Shown piece after piece: positions 35,229-36,683 of a DNA stretch of 36,683 nt. Source of the DNA: Candidatus Woesearchaeota archaeon (GTDB lineage Archaea; Nanobdellota; Nanobdellia; Pacearchaeales; GW2011-AR1). The stretch spans positions 1-36,683 of the forward strand of contig CAZZCD010000002.1 of assembly GCA_964652735.1 (NCBI GenBank), in the 5' to 3' direction. Numbering within the stretch: position 1 is the stretch's first letter; each line of letters begins with the position of its first letter. The notes beneath the pieces are model-generated. The model did no database searches, had not been told where the DNA came from, and saw only the letters and a program-made list of their open reading frames with translations. Position numbers and translations under genes: made by a program.

Positions 35229-36017
35229 TTAGCTTGTGGTTGTAATTTCAACCATTGTTATGATATCTCCCCAAGCAATATCTATGCCATTTGCTTTTAG
35301 ATAAACAGAAATAACATCTCCTGCATTAAATATTACTATGTCTTTTGATTGAACATTATGGTCTTTTTTTATTCCTGGAGATTCTGTGCTAAAAATGTTT
35401 CCAAACCCAATTGGTTCCCCGTTTCTATAAACTATTATTTCTATGTCCCCTGGATTGCTCCCAGAAACCTCGATGTTTGTTGAAACAGCTGTAATGCTTC
35501 CATCTCTTACCATAACATATCCTTTTTCTAAACTTGTTTCAACTTCTGTAGCTGTCTGTAGGAATCCTGATTCACTCATCGTTCCAGCAAATCCAAAGTT
35601 TAGGAATTGTCTTTTATCATGGGCAACAATCAAATCTCCCTGCTCTTTAAGCTCTTCTACAGAGTAAGTTATAACATAAATCTGGTCCTCTTTTTCTTCT
35701 TCTTTATAAGAAATTTCATAGATTGCAAGATTGTGGTCTCCTACATTCTCAATATGAACTGACTTTGGAAGGGAATCAAAATCAACTTCCTTTACAAAAG
35801 AAATTGCAGATGGAAGAACTCCTCTTTTCTGAACAAAATCTGAAACATATTCATAAACCTGTGTGGAAATATCCCCAACAGAAACACTTTCAACCACGTC
35901 TTGGATTTCTTCTTGCCCAAGATCTGTTTCATTCGTATCTAGCTGGGCAGACACAAGCAATCCTACAACAATAAGTAAAAACATTACAACACCTAAACCA
36001 AAAAATATTTTTCTCAT
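35229..36017 (-). CDS. Secreted or anchored hypothetical protein
   Basis: The N-terminal signal or anchor is MRKIFFGLGVVMFLLIVVGLLVSA. The ORF is 262 aa. Confidence 0.6.
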   Translation of the reverse strand: MRKIFFGLGVVMFLLIVVGLLVSAQLDTNETDLGQEEIQDVVESVSVGDISTQVYEYVSDFVQKRGVLPSAISFVKEVDFDSLPKSVHIENVGDHNLAIYEISYKEEEKEDQIYVITYSVEELKEQGDLIVAHDKRQFLNFGFAGTMSESGFLQTATEVETSLEKGYVMVRDGSITAVSTNIEVSGSNPGDIEIIVYRNGEPIGFGNIFSTESPGIKKDHNVQSKDIVIFNAGDVISVYLKANGIDIAWGDIITMVEITTTS

Positions 36018-36121
36018 TATTTATTAGACCCTTTTATTATATTAGATTACTAAAAGGTTATTATATTTAAATATTTCCAATCTCCAAGTAAATTTAAAAA
36101 TAAAAAAAACACTAAATTAAT

Positions 36122-36403
36122 ATGCAAGACAGAGTTACAAAAGAAAAAATACAAAGATACAGAACCATAACATCTAAGGCAGTAGAAATCGCAAAAAGTT
36201 CCATAGTTAAAGGAAAAGAAAAAGAAGCTAAGGAAATAATCGAGATGGTTTCTAATTATCTTTCAGATTCAGAATATTTTGAAAAAAATAAAGATTTTGT
36301 AAATGCGTTTGCTGCACTAAGCTATGCTCACGGTTGGTTGGATGCAGGAGTTAGATTAGATATATTTGATATCAAAAATAATAAATTTTTTACAGTGAAG
36401 TAA
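36122..36403 (+). CDS. Small archaeal DUF357-like protein
   Basis: ...SDSEYFEKNKDFVNAFAALSYAHGWLDAGVRL resembles the conserved Y..GWLDAG motif of that family, from memory. Confidence 0.5.
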   Translation: MQDRVTKEKIQRYRTITSKAVEIAKSSIVKGKEKEAKEIIEMVSNYLSDSEYFEKNKDFVNAFAALSYAHGWLDAGVRLDIFDIKNNKFFTVK

Positions 36404-36434
36404 GATATAAAAATAAGGATTGCTTTCAATAAAC

Positions 36435-36683
36435 ATGAAAAAAGAGGTTGTTGTGTTGAGTCTTGGAGGGAGTTTAATAATTCCTAATAATGTTGATATA
36501 ACATTTTTAAGAAAATTCAAAAAAGTGATTTTGAGAAATATAAAAAAATATAAGTTCATAGTTGTGTGTGGGGGAGGAAGTATTGCAAGAAAATATATTT
36601 CTGCTTTAAGAGGAGAAGGATTAAATAAAAAGCTTCAGAGCTTTTCAGGAATTTCTGCAACAAGAATGAATGCGAGATTTATG
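36435..36683 (+). CDS. pyrH: Uridylate kinase (archaeal PyrH, amino-acid-kinase fold), 3'-partial at the window end
   Basis: The translation is MKKEVVVLSLGGSLIIPNNVDITFLRKF...FIVVCGGGSIARKYISAL...FSGISATRMNARFM. It is not in the ORF track because no stop lies in the window. Confidence 0.8.
   Translation, partial: MKKEVVVLSLGGSLIIPNNVDITFLRKFKKVILRNIKKYKFIVVCGGGSIARKYISALRGEGLNKKLQSFSGISATRMNARFM

Noticed and set aside
31067-36559. Short ORFs 31067..31249, 32861..33262, 33901..34281, 33926..34213, 34667..35008, 35443..35667, 35723..35974 and 36356..36559
   Set aside because: They are antisense or overlapping shadows of the surface-protein genes and of DUF357/pyrH, and I recognise no motifs in them.

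Overview
AT-rich archaeal window, probably from a DPANN-like genome. Supporting signs are an archaeal-type ThrRS editing domain, an archaeal TrpRS, an intron-containing tRNA, a class III signal-peptide pilin, and TATA boxes 29-31 nt upstream of start codons. Positions 1-12646 (minus strand) form one huge reading frame for a repeat-rich surface or fibre protein of more than 4,200 codons. It runs off the left edge, so the ORF track shows only antisense shadow ORFs there. The frame is broken only by a single in-frame TAG at 9479-9481. MAIN FINDING: this giant gene contains two paralogous canonical mini-inteins (7556-8563 and 4418-5467), each with Cys1, TxxHP, VYDL..HNFIAN, terminal HN and a Thr at +1. 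Neither has a homing endonuclease. Instead each carries, on the opposite strand, a compact promoter + antitoxin + toxin cassette: RelE/ParE type at 7752-8308 and VapBC/PIN type at 4542-5177. The intein frame stays open through about 200 codons of TA antisense in both cases. The RelE gene lies in exact codon register with the intein frame and uses none of the three codons (TTA, CTA, TCA) that would be antisense stops. The two cassettes belong to different TA families and sit at different positions in the Hint fold, yet both have TTTAAATATT exactly 30 nt upstream of the antitoxin ATG. Intein-free paralogous sites occur in the same gene. The gene also carries 26 in-frame copies of a GC-rich 26-mer (NVGIGTTSP) that is conserved at synonymous positions. 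The rest of the window holds a HicAB / tRNA-Ile(UAU, intron) / tRNA-Glu / RelBE island and a three-glycosyltransferase operon. It also holds a NYN protein and a free-standing LAGLIDADG endonuclease gene wedged between thrS and a displaced thrS 3' remnant. Further genes are a TrmB regulator, an Asp/Glu-racemase-TrpRS in-frame fusion whose racemase motif precedes any canonical start, and PEP synthase with a long acidic tail. A pilin-like surface locus and a partial pyrH complete the window.
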